From IMG/VR virus record IMGVR_UViG_3300032334_001399: a stretch of DNA of 64,000 nucleotides; one strand, written 5' to 3'. Positions 1-8,151 of the stretch are shown piece after piece. The position numbers and the translations under genes were made by a program. The notes under the pieces were generated by a model, which ran no database searches, had not been told where the DNA came from, and saw only the letters and a list, made by a program, of their open reading frames with translations. Every line of letters starts with the position of its first letter. Within the stretch, counting starts at the first letter, position 1. The DNA comes from an uncultured virus (IMG/VR IMGVR_UViG_3300032334_001399) (Duplodnaviria; Heunggongvirae; Uroviricota; Caudoviricetes).

Positions 1-98
1 ATGCAAGCGCCCAGGGTGCGACACGATGTCGCAGGGTTTCCCCTAGTGTGGTATTTTTGCACACCCCCTTGACACGCGCCCAAATTATATGCTATAAT
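1..98. promoter_or_regulatory. Divergent promoter module, copy 1 (leftward -35 at window edge, TGCGAC-N5-GTCGCA palindrome, rightward sigma70-like promoter)
   Basis: ATGCAA at 1-6 (TTGCAT on minus strand); palindrome TGCGACA-CGA-TGTCGCA at 17-33; TTGACA 69-74, 18 bp, TG-C-TATAAT 93-98; same layout recurs at 1118-1215. Confidence 0.6.
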
Positions 99-139
99 TT
101 GGCGCCAGCGGTGTTGTTTTTTTGCAACACCTGGTCATT

Positions 140-346
140 TTAAATTACATAATTAACAATGCCTATGCAATTGGCAATTAAAAACGCCCCATTAAGTGTG
201 CCCAATGCTTTATCTCGCCGCATTAGTGCAATTATTAGCCAAGATATTGATCCAGTCGCAAAGCAGATATAACCCCAATTCATTACGCCCATTGCAACCA
301 GAAAAGATCCTAATATGCTGGTGATAGTACCAATCCATGCTAACAT
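140..346 (-). CDS. Small hypothetical membrane protein (about 3 TM segments)
   Basis: 68 aa, almost entirely hydrophobic; start overlaps the stop of the SprT-like ORF. Confidence 0.7.
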   Translation of the reverse strand: MLAWIGTITSILGSFLVAMGVMNWGYICFATGSISWLIIALMRRDKALGTLNGAFLIANCIGIVNYVI

Positions 347-708
347 TATAATTCCATGTCGTGATAGGTGTTAGGTGTTGCGCCATAGTTTAGCATAATA
401 TCCTGCCAGGTTTTACCATGCCAACGATTACCTGCTGGTGTGCCATTAAGGTTATAGTCAACCTGATGCGCTATTTCATGTACCATAATTTCGGAGAGCA
501 TACGGTCATGGTGTTTATTAAAGAATTTAGTACCAAGATCTATTACATTAGCTTCCATAAAGCAACGGCCCGCAGTCTTAGTTAATCTGTTATTAAGTTT
601 AATAACGGGCATTGGGAATAGTGCAAGCCTTGTGTAAATGTTAGTATAACGAACCCATATTTTAGTCGCCTGAGCCTGAATTGTGGCATTTAGTGTTGCG
701 ACGGTCAT
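346..708 (-). CDS. SprT-like zinc metalloprotease
   Basis: RLTKTAG, HEIAH (HExxH) and HGKTWQ motifs typical of the SprT family. Confidence 0.85.
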   Translation of the reverse strand: MTVATLNATIQAQATKIWVRYTNIYTRLALFPMPVIKLNNRLTKTAGRCFMEANVIDLGTKFFNKHHDRMLSEIMVHEIAHQVDYNLNGTPAGNRWHGKTWQDIMLNYGATPNTYHDMEL

Positions 709-730
709 GGGTTCGTTATCCTAGTTTAGA

Positions 731-1057
731 TTAGATTGGCTTGGAATTAGCCAATGCTTCAAAGATCGCTTTTAATGCGCTCTTATTAGCTTTGGTCAAC
801 GATTCGATGTCATTCTCAGGCAAGCGCAAGATTGCGCCGATTGCATCAGCATGAGCATCTTTTTTCACAACGGGTTCACCCGTTTTGGTTTTGTATGCTT
901 TTTTCTGATACACACCTTCGCGTGACAGTTTAGCAACGATTGAGCGAACGGATTTACCCATTGCCAATGCAATGCTCTCCACGCTAACACCAGCGGTATA
1001 ATCCGCGATTACCCGAGCGGTTTGCTCAGGGCTATAGTTTACGGCTTTTTCTGCCAT
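731..1057 (-). CDS. A2: T5 A2-like pre-early DNA-binding protein (108 aa, start corrected to 1057)
   Basis: SD AAGGAGAG precedes ATG at 1057; segments SVRSIVAKLSREGVYQK and IESLTKANKSALKAI resemble T5 A2 as recalled; own promoter upstream. Confidence 0.65.
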   Translation of the reverse strand: MAEKAVNYSPEQTARVIADYTAGVSVESIALAMGKSVRSIVAKLSREGVYQKKAYKTKTGEPVVKKDAHADAIGAILRLPENDIESLTKANKSALKAIFEALANSKPI

Positions 1058-1094
1058 TTTGCGCTCTCCTTGTGAGTGCTGTTTCGATGTAGTA

Positions 1095-1123
1095 ATTATA
1101 GGCCAGTCAACCATACAATGCAA
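1095..1123 (-). promoter_or_regulatory. sigma70-like promoter for the A2-like gene
   Basis: Minus strand TTGCAT (1123-1118), 17 bp, TATAAT (1100-1095). Confidence 0.8.
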
Positions 1124-1133
1124 GCGCAAATTC

Positions 1134-1222
1134 TGCGACGTGTTGTCGCAGGGTAAATACCTATGTTGTTTTTTCGCCCAGGGGGTTGACGCGGGGTGAC
1201 CGCCCATGCTAGTAGGGCGGTT
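1134..1222. repeat. Promoter module, copy 2 (palindrome, TTGAC box, inverted repeat)
   Basis: TGCGAC-GTGTT-GTCGCA 1134-1150 followed by GGGT; TTGACG at 1186; ACCGCCC-N9-GGGCGGT inverted repeat; offsets match copy 1. Confidence 0.6.
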
Positions 1223-1305
1223 AGTAGACTTTATAATTATTATAACTATATGGGCCCTCCCACACGGCCAACTTTAGAAAAATCTCCACAAAACTTTCGG
1301 TGCCG

Positions 1306-1455
1306 TTACCAATGATGAATTACACCCAACACAATTACCAAATTTGTCAATAAGTAGCACAAGACTATAAACGTTCTAATCCAACAAACTACGTCAGCCT
1401 CACTGTCAGTCAAACCATACTTATCACCTAGTGCTTTTGCCCACAGTCGCCACAC
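1306..1455 (-). CDS. Small hypothetical membrane protein (49 aa, GTG start)
   Basis: SD GGAGA then GTG at 1455; MWRLWAKALG... with a C-terminal hydrophobic helix; promoter just upstream. Confidence 0.65.
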   Translation of the reverse strand: MWRLWAKALGDKYGLTDSEADVVCWIRTFIVLCYLLTNLVIVLGVIHHW

Positions 1456-1477
1456 AGATTTCTCCCAGAAAAATACT

Positions 1478-1506
1478 ATTATAGCATTAAAAGTATAAAA
1501 ATTCAA
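1478..1506 (-). promoter_or_regulatory. sigma70-like promoter (leftward, divergent pair)
   Basis: Minus strand TTGAAT, 17 bp, TG-C-TATAAT. Confidence 0.75.
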
Positions 1507-1537
1507 GTAAATTTTAACCCACACTAAAAACCACATG

Positions 1538-1566
1538 TTGACTTTGTGTTGCCTGAGTGATATAAT
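1538..1566 (+). promoter_or_regulatory. sigma70-like promoter heading the plcP-agt-terS-terL operon
   Basis: TTGACT 1538-1543, 17 bp, TG-A-TATAAT 1561-1566. Confidence 0.85.
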
Positions 1567-1591
1567 GTTAGGAAATCTCGGAGGCACTTTT

Positions 1592-2365
1592 ATGCACTAC
1601 CGCGCAATTTTTATTAGTGATGTACACTTGGGTACCAAAGCCTGCAAAGCTGAATACCTAAGCCATTTTTTAAAGCAACATACCTGCGAGGAACTTTACC
1701 TAGTCGGTGATATTATCGATGGTTGGAAAGTCAAGCAAAACAAGCTGCGCTGGGCCAATTCACATACCAATGTAATTCGTCATGTTTTAGCCAAAGCCAA
1801 TCGTGAAAAGACCCGAGTGGTGTATGTAGCCGGCAATCACGACGAGTTTCTTCGTCCACTAATCTCATATGGCTTACAATTTGGCAGAATCGAGGTAGTA
1901 AATCAGTGTGAGTATATAGACTTTAACAACCAACGCTGGCTAGTTACCCACGGCGATATGTTTGATGGTATTACCAGATTAGCACCATGGCTAGCTTGGC
2001 TAGGCGACAGTGCCTATGATTTTGTCTTAGGACTAAACACCCATTTTAACCAGTGGCGTCACAGACTAGGCTTTGGCTACTGGAGTTTATCACAGTGGTT
2101 AAAGCATAAAGTAAAACGTGCCACCAACTTTATATTTCAGTTTGAGGAAACTATTACCAAGTACGCAAGTAAACGTAACTTTGACGGCGTAATCTGTGGT
2201 CATATTCACAAAGCTGAGATTAAGCTGGTTCAGGGCGTAGGTTACATGAATTCGGGCGACTGGGTAGAATCGTGTACTGCACTAGTGGAGACCATGGATG
2301 GTGAATGGCAGATTATTACTTGGAGACCCAAAGGTGAGCAAAACAGTACTAGTAGTAACGGATAA
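1592..2365 (+). CDS. plcP: PlcP-like metallophosphoesterase (intracellular phospholipase C; LpxH-like annotation family)
   Basis: SD GGAGG before ATG 1592; calcineurin-like motifs SDVHLG, GDIIDGW, GNHD, HGD, GHIH, NSGDWVES; GNHD rather than LpxH-type GNRD; adjacent GT4 gene. Confidence 0.75.
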   Translation: MHYRAIFISDVHLGTKACKAEYLSHFLKQHTCEELYLVGDIIDGWKVKQNKLRWANSHTNVIRHVLAKANREKTRVVYVAGNHDEFLRPLISYGLQFGRIEVVNQCEYIDFNNQRWLVTHGDMFDGITRLAPWLAWLGDSAYDFVLGLNTHFNQWRHRLGFGYWSLSQWLKHKVKRATNFIFQFEETITKYASKRNFDGVICGHIHKAEIKLVQGVGYMNSGDWVESCTALVETMDGEWQIITWRPKGEQNSTSSNG

Positions 2366-3335
2366 TGTTCCACAACAAGTTAATGGAGTGGTTACAACGT
2401 TCCACAACTTGGAACGCGAGGCAAATCGCCACGGCTATGATTTTATATACTGTGATCCCCGGCAGTTCCCTAATTGTGGTGCTCCTGGTTATGGGGATAT
2501 TAGGCTATCGTGGCCTCGTGGCGTTGGTCGGGTACTTGAAACCGTAAACCCTGATTATGTGCACATTGCCACTGAAGGCCCACTAGGGCTGGCAGCACGC
2601 TGCTGGATGGACCGGCATGGCTGGCGGTATAACACTAGTTATCACACCAAGATTCCAGAAGCACTTAAACGCTATTACAAAATTCCAGAATCGTGGACTT
2701 ACCGCTACTTGCGCTGGTTTCACAAGCATTCGGGTAAGGTTTTAGCTACCACAGTCAGCATGGTTGATGAACTTAAGCAGCATGGCTTTTGTGGTAATAT
2801 TGTGCCCTGGACCCGCGGCGTAGATAGAACGCAGTTTTATCCACTAGAAACCGCACGCACCAGCACCTATCCTACACTACTCTGGGTTGGTCGTGTATCG
2901 GTGGAAAAGTCATGTGAAGATTTTTGCCAACTGGACTATTTAGGTGCCAAAAAAATTGTAGTAGGCGATGGGCCGCAACTCAATTACTTGCAGCAAAAAT
3001 ATCCCGAAGTCCGATTTGTGGGTATGAAAACCGGAGCAGAATTAGCCCACTACTACCAACAAGCAGATTGTTTAGTGTTTACTAGCCGTTGGGATACTTT
3101 TGGTATTGTAATGCTGGAATCCATGGCTTGTGGTACACCAGTGGCAGCCTATCCAGTTTGTGGTCCCAAGGACGTTATTGAGCTAGACAGAACCGGCTAT
3201 ACCAGCCACGATCTTAAGTTGGCAGTGGTTCGTGCACTGGCAATTCCACGTCACGTAGTTTTAGTGGCTAGTTATCGTTGGTCGTGGGAAAAGTGCTGGC
3301 ATATATTTGAGTATAACCTGATAAGGAGACTATAA
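2334..3335 (+). CDS. agt: GT4 family glycosyltransferase, Agt-like (glycolipid synthase)
   Basis: GTG at 2334 after GGAG; QVNGVV, HIATEGPLG, SYHT, GRVSVEKS and DTFGIVMLESMACGTPVAAYPV motifs; overlaps the plcP-like gene. Confidence 0.75.
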   Translation: MSKTVLVVTDNVPQQVNGVVTTFHNLEREANRHGYDFIYCDPRQFPNCGAPGYGDIRLSWPRGVGRVLETVNPDYVHIATEGPLGLAARCWMDRHGWRYNTSYHTKIPEALKRYYKIPESWTYRYLRWFHKHSGKVLATTVSMVDELKQHGFCGNIVPWTRGVDRTQFYPLETARTSTYPTLLWVGRVSVEKSCEDFCQLDYLGAKKIVVGDGPQLNYLQQKYPEVRFVGMKTGAELAHYYQQADCLVFTSRWDTFGIVMLESMACGTPVAAYPVCGPKDVIELDRTGYTSHDLKLAVVRALAIPRHVVLVASYRWSWEKCWHIFEYNLIRRL

Positions 3336-3655
3336 TGTCACAAGAAAAACTAGACGAAGCACACGCCAAAGGTCAGCTAATTGAAAAACTTACCTTTGCA
3401 CTGCTACCACTGTTATTTACCTGCGTAGTCTACTTAATGACTGCACTACAAAACCTACAACACGACGTTACCATCTTAAACGGCAAAATTTCACTAGTGG
3501 TGACCAGCGATAACAAGCAGGCTACTAATACTGGTGCTGAGTTGGCACGTGAAAAACTGCGTCAGGACCTAGAGCGTGAAATTCAAGCTAATCGCGAACT
3601 AATACACCTTAATCGTGAACGTATTGTTATCCTAGAAGAAAAGTCAAGAAAATGA
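3335..3655 (+). CDS. Hypothetical protein, one TM helix plus coiled coil
   Basis: 106 aa, SD AAGGAG, TAATG overlap with the upstream gene. Confidence 0.7.
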   Translation: MSQEKLDEAHAKGQLIEKLTFALLPLLFTCVVYLMTALQNLQHDVTILNGKISLVVTSDNKQATNTGAELAREKLRQDLEREIQANRELIHLNRERIVILEEKSRK

Positions 3656-4134
3656 ACCTAACCCCAACCAGTGCACCCGCTGAGGTACTGGAAATATCAC
3701 CAGAAGCACTGGAAGTTGCCAACTGCTACTTGCAGTGCCAAGATGCTAGAGCTGTAGCAGACAACTTGTCTATGCCAGTAGAGTCAGTTTCAACCATTTT
3801 AGCACGCCGCGAAGTCAAAGCATATATCAACCAAGTTTTCTTTGACTTGGGGTTTAATAACCGTTTTAAAATGCGCGCTGCTATGGATGCCGTCTTAAAA
3901 CGCAAGTTTAAAGAAATGGAGGAGGCTGACGTTGGCTCGAACAAGGACATTGCTGAACTCTTAGCACTATCACACAAAATGTCAATGGAAATGTTGGACA
4001 GAGAAATTCAGCTGGAAAAGCTGCGTAGTGAACGCGCCGGACCTAAATCGCAAGTAAATGTGCAAATCAATGAAGGTGGAGACGGAACCAAGTACGGAGC
4101 ACTTATTTCTAGGCTCCTAGGAGATAAACTATAA
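3652..4134 (+). CDS. terS: Terminase small subunit, T5-like
   Basis: ISPEALEVANCYLQC, EVKAYINQVFFDLGFNNR, HKMSME resemble T5 TerS; upstream of terL. Confidence 0.85.
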   Translation: MNLTPTSAPAEVLEISPEALEVANCYLQCQDARAVADNLSMPVESVSTILARREVKAYINQVFFDLGFNNRFKMRAAMDAVLKRKFKEMEEADVGSNKDIAELLALSHKMSMEMLDREIQLEKLRSERAGPKSQVNVQINEGGDGTKYGALISRLLGDKL

Positions 4135-4144
4135 GGAGTTTAAG

Positions 4145-4420
4145 GTGGACGTAGTAAAATTAATAGGTGAAGTAGGATTCCCAATTGCTGCGGCCGTTAG
4201 CGCAGGTTATTTTGTATTTTTAACCCTAAAGTTTATTTTAGCTGGAGTAACCAGCGGAGTGCACAATCTTGCACAAATTACAGAAAGACTAGACGCCAGA
4301 ATAGACACCATGACAGCTCAGCTAGAGCGTATTGATACCCGTGTAAGCTATGCACTAGGCCTAAGCCCAGACTATAGCAGAATGGCTCGCAGTGAGTTAA
4401 AAGATTTAAGGAAAGACTGA
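4145..4420 (+). CDS. Small membrane protein (GFPI N-terminal TM plus coiled coil; YvrJ/holin-like)
   Basis: SD AAGGAG, GTG start; VGFPIAAA TM helix. Confidence 0.65.
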   Translation: MDVVKLIGEVGFPIAAAVSAGYFVFLTLKFILAGVTSGVHNLAQITERLDARIDTMTAQLERIDTRVSYALGLSPDYSRMARSELKDLRKD

Positions 4421-4707
4421 TGGATATGGTAGAAATTGTAAACCGCTATGGTTTTCCTATTTTAGCAGCTATGGGCATGGGGTATTTTATTTACCATGTA
4501 TGGAACTGGGTAGTCACAGACATAAAACCTACTATAGGCAAAGCTACCAATACTTTAATTAACTTAATCGACCGTGTACGTGTCTTAGACAACGATTTGA
4601 TCAGACTAAACGAAAAAGTAAATACTGTGCTACAACTACGGGGTAAATTAATTGAAGTAGAGCGTATAGAAGCTAATAAAAAAATAAATGAGGGTCATGG
4701 TGCTTAA
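4420..4707 (+). CDS. Small membrane protein, similar in layout to the preceding gene
   Basis: YGFPILAA TM helix plus coiled coil; TGATG overlap with the preceding gene. Confidence 0.65.
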   Translation: MDMVEIVNRYGFPILAAMGMGYFIYHVWNWVVTDIKPTIGKATNTLINLIDRVRVLDNDLIRLNEKVNTVLQLRGKLIEVERIEANKKINEGHGA

Positions 4708-5989
4708 AGTTAGTCGAGACGATGTAGACTGCGACGAAATCACAGAGTTTCCTGTAGAAACCAGATTTATTAAACTGCCAATTGAAAACTACTTAAAATT
4801 GTTGGGTGCTTGGGACACCATGAATCGTCCACAGATTGCCTTAATCAACGCAATCAATAATCCCAAGTATAGATTTGTATGCGCTGCACTTGCTAGACGA
4901 CTAGGCAAAACCTACATCAGTAATATTATTGCACAGCTAGTCTCACTAGTGCCCGGTTGCAATGTGCTTATTATTTCACCTAACTATAATCTCTCCAGTA
5001 TTTCATTTGAACTACAGCGCAGGTTTATCAGACACTTTGACCTAGAAGTAGAGCGCGATAACTTAAAAGACAAAGTTGTAGAACTATCAAATGGCAGCAC
5101 TATCCGCATGGGCTCACTATCAACTGTAGACAGCACAGTTGGACGCAGTTATCAAATTATCTTATTTGACGAGGCTGCACTAGGCGATGATGGCGAGTCA
5201 GCATTTAACGTGCAGCTGCGCCCCACACTAGACCGACCTAACAGCAAAGCTATTTTTATTTCAACACCCCGCGGTCAGCAAAACTGGTTTAGTCGTTTTT
5301 ATCAACGTGGTTTTGGTAGTGAGTATCCTGAGTGGTGCAGCCTACAAGCAGACTACACTGAAAATTCTAGAATGGCAGAGTCTGATGTGGCAGAAGCTCG
5401 CCGATCGATGTCAAAAGCTGAATTTGAGCAAGAATACTTAGCCAGCTTTAATGTGTTTGAGGGTCAAATTTATAATTTTGATCGTGAAGCGGGAGTTGTA
5501 GAATATGCGCATCAAGACGGTTGTGAGTACATTGCTGGGTGTGATCCCGGCTATCGCGATGCTACTGCTTTCGTGGTTATTAGTTATAATCCTGTTAGTG
5601 ACCAGTTTCATATCGTAGATGAATACCTAAAAAGTGAAGCTACCACAGACAAGCATGCTGTAGCATTTCGTGAGTATATTGACAAGTGGCAGGTAGAAGT
5701 ATTATTTATTGATTCGGCAGCAGCACAATTTGCTGGTGACCTTGCATATACTTATAACATTTCTACTACTAAAGCTAAAAAAGACGTTTTACCCGGTATT
5801 GCCTATGTACAAACACTAGTAGAAACTGGCAGGCTAAAAATTGCTCCGCACTGTACAAACGTCTTAGACGTTATGGACCAATATCGTTGGGACAAACGTG
5901 AAACATTGACTCGGGAAAAGCCAGTGCACGATAAGTACTCACACATGGCTGACGCCATTCGTTATGCACTGTATACATACACTGTCTAG
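4688..5989 (+). CDS. terL: Terminase large subunit, T5-like (start may be 4697)
   Basis: Walker A ARRLGKT, Walker B ILFDEAA, ISTPRG, RNase H-like nuclease (GCDPG, DAIRY). Confidence 0.95.
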   Translation: MRVMVLKVSRDDVDCDEITEFPVETRFIKLPIENYLKLLGAWDTMNRPQIALINAINNPKYRFVCAALARRLGKTYISNIIAQLVSLVPGCNVLIISPNYNLSSISFELQRRFIRHFDLEVERDNLKDKVVELSNGSTIRMGSLSTVDSTVGRSYQIILFDEAALGDDGESAFNVQLRPTLDRPNSKAIFISTPRGQQNWFSRFYQRGFGSEYPEWCSLQADYTENSRMAESDVAEARRSMSKAEFEQEYLASFNVFEGQIYNFDREAGVVEYAHQDGCEYIAGCDPGYRDATAFVVISYNPVSDQFHIVDEYLKSEATTDKHAVAFREYIDKWQVEVLFIDSAAAQFAGDLAYTYNISTTKAKKDVLPGIAYVQTLVETGRLKIAPHCTNVLDVMDQYRWDKRETLTREKPVHDKYSHMADAIRYALYTYTV

Positions 5990-6006
5990 GTCATAAAAAT
6001 TTTATG

Positions 6007-6035
6007 TTGACTTCGTCATGCTTTGGGTGTACAAT
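6007..6035 (+). promoter_or_regulatory. sigma70-like late promoter (dps to head genes)
   Basis: TTGACT, 17 bp, TACAAT; AT-rich upstream. Confidence 0.75.
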
Positions 6036-6070
6036 ACCAGTATTATAAAAAAATTATTGGGTAAAAAATA

Positions 6071-6511
6071 ATGGACCGAACTGAATACTACCTAGAACTT
6101 AAACGCGTTTTTGCCAGTGAGTTTAGCTTTTACCTAAAAGCTGCTAATTTTCATTGGAATGTAGAAGGCGAACCTTTTTACCAACTACACTTAATGTTAG
6201 AGCGCATCTATAACGAAGTTTTAGAGTCCATTGATACCTATGCTGAAGAATTGCGTGCCCTACAAATTGTTACACCTGCTAGTCTATCACAGTTTTCACA
6301 GTTAACATATATTAGTGATGAAAATGCTCCAGGCGACTGGAAAGGCCTACTGCAAGAACTGCTAATGGATTCAGATATGATGGCACTAAAATTTCAGCAG
6401 CTATTTATGGTGGCTGAAGAATTTGGTGATCATGGACTGTCAAACTTCTTGGCAGATCGTCAAGATGCACACAAAAAACATAGTTGGATGTTACGCGCAA
6501 GTTTAAAATAA
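6071..6511 (+). CDS. dps: Dps family DNA-binding mini-ferritin
   Basis: FHWNVEG, QLH and IDTYAE ferroxidase-centre residues; C-terminal HKKHSWML. Confidence 0.9.
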   Translation: MDRTEYYLELKRVFASEFSFYLKAANFHWNVEGEPFYQLHLMLERIYNEVLESIDTYAEELRALQIVTPASLSQFSQLTYISDENAPGDWKGLLQELLMDSDMMALKFQQLFMVAEEFGDHGLSNFLADRQDAHKKHSWMLRASLK

Positions 6512-6943
6512 ATGGCAAAAAATACAAACAAACGGATTCCCGTCAAACACGTTAGAGATAAAGCCAAGTCGGCTTATGAAAAGCAAGACACTTGCTATAT
6601 TTGTGCAACTAGTCAGGACTTGGAATTGCATCACCTGCACAGTGTTACCCTGTTGTTAGAAAACTGGGCACGACGTAAAGGTTATGATATTTCAACTGAT
6701 GAGGGAATTTTAGCTGTTAGGGACGAGTTTATTAGTGAACATCATAGTGAGTTATACGAGCAGGTTTACACCCTATGTAATCCTCATCATATAGCGCTCC
6801 ATGGTGTGTACGGTAAAACTCCTCAGCCTGGCAGCGAACCCAAACAAGCACGCTGGATTGAAATTCAACGTGAAAAAGTTGCTAATGGCGGTCGTGCTGT
6901 TCCTAAGCAAAGCTATGGAAGTTTCTTTAGCGAATTTACTTAG
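6512..6943 (+). CDS. T5-like HNH nicking endonuclease
   Basis: CYIC...LELHHLH...TLCNPHHIALH; position between terL and portal as in T5. Confidence 0.85.
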   Translation: MAKNTNKRIPVKHVRDKAKSAYEKQDTCYICATSQDLELHHLHSVTLLLENWARRKGYDISTDEGILAVRDEFISEHHSELYEQVYTLCNPHHIALHGVYGKTPQPGSEPKQARWIEIQREKVANGGRAVPKQSYGSFFSEFT

Positions 6944-6951
6944 GATAAATC

Positions 6952-8139
6952 ATGGGTTGGATTAATAGTAGTGTAGAATGGATTCGCGAAAAGCTGAATC
7001 CTGCACAAGTTAGAATTGCACAAGGTGAGGGAACGCACATTCCCACAACTTCAAAGATTAGCTATCAACAAGCATTTAGAAATCTAGAAGTTGTTAATCG
7101 TGGTGTAAATATGGTTGTTAGCGCAGCCGCGTCACTAGACTATGACGTAAAAGACAAGTTAAACGAAGGCATTGTTAGTGGTATGAGGCAAAAGCAGTTA
7201 GTAAACTTGCTTAACTTTAGACCTAATCCCTATCAAAGCGTACAAGAATTTCGTCAGGCCATTTTTAGTGACCTGATCTTAGAAGGCAACGTATTTATAC
7301 ACTTTGATGGTACTTTTATGTATCATCTACCTGCACAATATGTAGAAATACTTACTGATACTAAAACATTTATTCGTGGTTATCGTTACAGCGGTTACAT
7401 TGAGTTTGAAGAAAGAGATGTGTTTCACTTTCGCGACTTAAGTTCACAAAGTATCTACCGCGGTGCTAGTCGCCTAGAAGCTGCACAACACAGTATTGAC
7501 CTACTTAATTCAATGCATCAGTTTCAAACACAGTTTTTTGATAACGGTGCCACCTTTGGTTTTGTACTTACCAGCGATAACACACTATCACAAGTAGCCA
7601 AAGAAAAAACTATTCAGTACTGGCTGCAACGTTATAGTAATAAAACTGGTGGCAAACGCCCTGTTATCCTAGACAGCGGTTTAAAACCACATTCAATTAG
7701 TAATAACAGCTACAAAGATCTAGACTTTGACTTGGCAGTTAAAACACACAACGATTTGCTATTACAAGTAATTGGTGTACCGCCCATTTTACTAGACGGT
7801 GGTAACAATGCTAATATTTCGCCTAACTTGCGCCTGTTCTATCTAGAAACAGTAATGCCTATAATTAGAAAATTTATTAGTGCACTAGAACGTTATTATG
7901 GATACGATGTAGATGCAATTACTAGTAATGTAAGTGCACTACAACCAGAATTAAAAGACATTGCAACTTATCATCAAACACTAGTAAATGGTGGTATTAT
8001 CACACCCAACGAGGCTCGTGTAGAATTGCGATATGAAAAAATGCCGGGTCACGATGAACTGCGTGTTCCTGCTAATATTGCTGGTAGTGCTGTAAACCCA
8101 GCACAGGGCGGTCGTCCCACCGCAACCCCTAAAGAATAA
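6952..8139 (+). CDS. Portal protein (HK97/T5 type)
   Basis: 395 aa; PNPYQS, EGNVFI, FFDNGA, GVPPILL, ITPNEAR motifs. Confidence 0.95.
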   Translation: MGWINSSVEWIREKLNPAQVRIAQGEGTHIPTTSKISYQQAFRNLEVVNRGVNMVVSAAASLDYDVKDKLNEGIVSGMRQKQLVNLLNFRPNPYQSVQEFRQAIFSDLILEGNVFIHFDGTFMYHLPAQYVEILTDTKTFIRGYRYSGYIEFEERDVFHFRDLSSQSIYRGASRLEAAQHSIDLLNSMHQFQTQFFDNGATFGFVLTSDNTLSQVAKEKTIQYWLQRYSNKTGGKRPVILDSGLKPHSISNNSYKDLDFDLAVKTHNDLLLQVIGVPPILLDGGNNANISPNLRLFYLETVMPIIRKFISALERYYGYDVDAITSNVSALQPELKDIATYHQTLVNGGIITPNEARVELRYEKMPGHDELRVPANIAGSAVNPAQGGRPTATPKE

Positions 8140-8151
8140 CAGGGAGAATAT

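Noticed and set aside
1058..1207. N-terminal extension of the 158-aa ORF (similarly 1456..1587 and 1535..1591)
   Set aside because: These extensions overlap clear promoters; SD-supported starts lie downstream
1592..2365. Call as LpxH (lipid A biosynthesis)
   Set aside because: GNHD instead of GNRD and linkage to an Agt-like GT4 fit PlcP better; not excluded without phylogeny
6512..6943. HNH gene as a mobile homing endonuclease
   Set aside because: Sequence and terL-portal position match the conserved T5-type nicking nuclease
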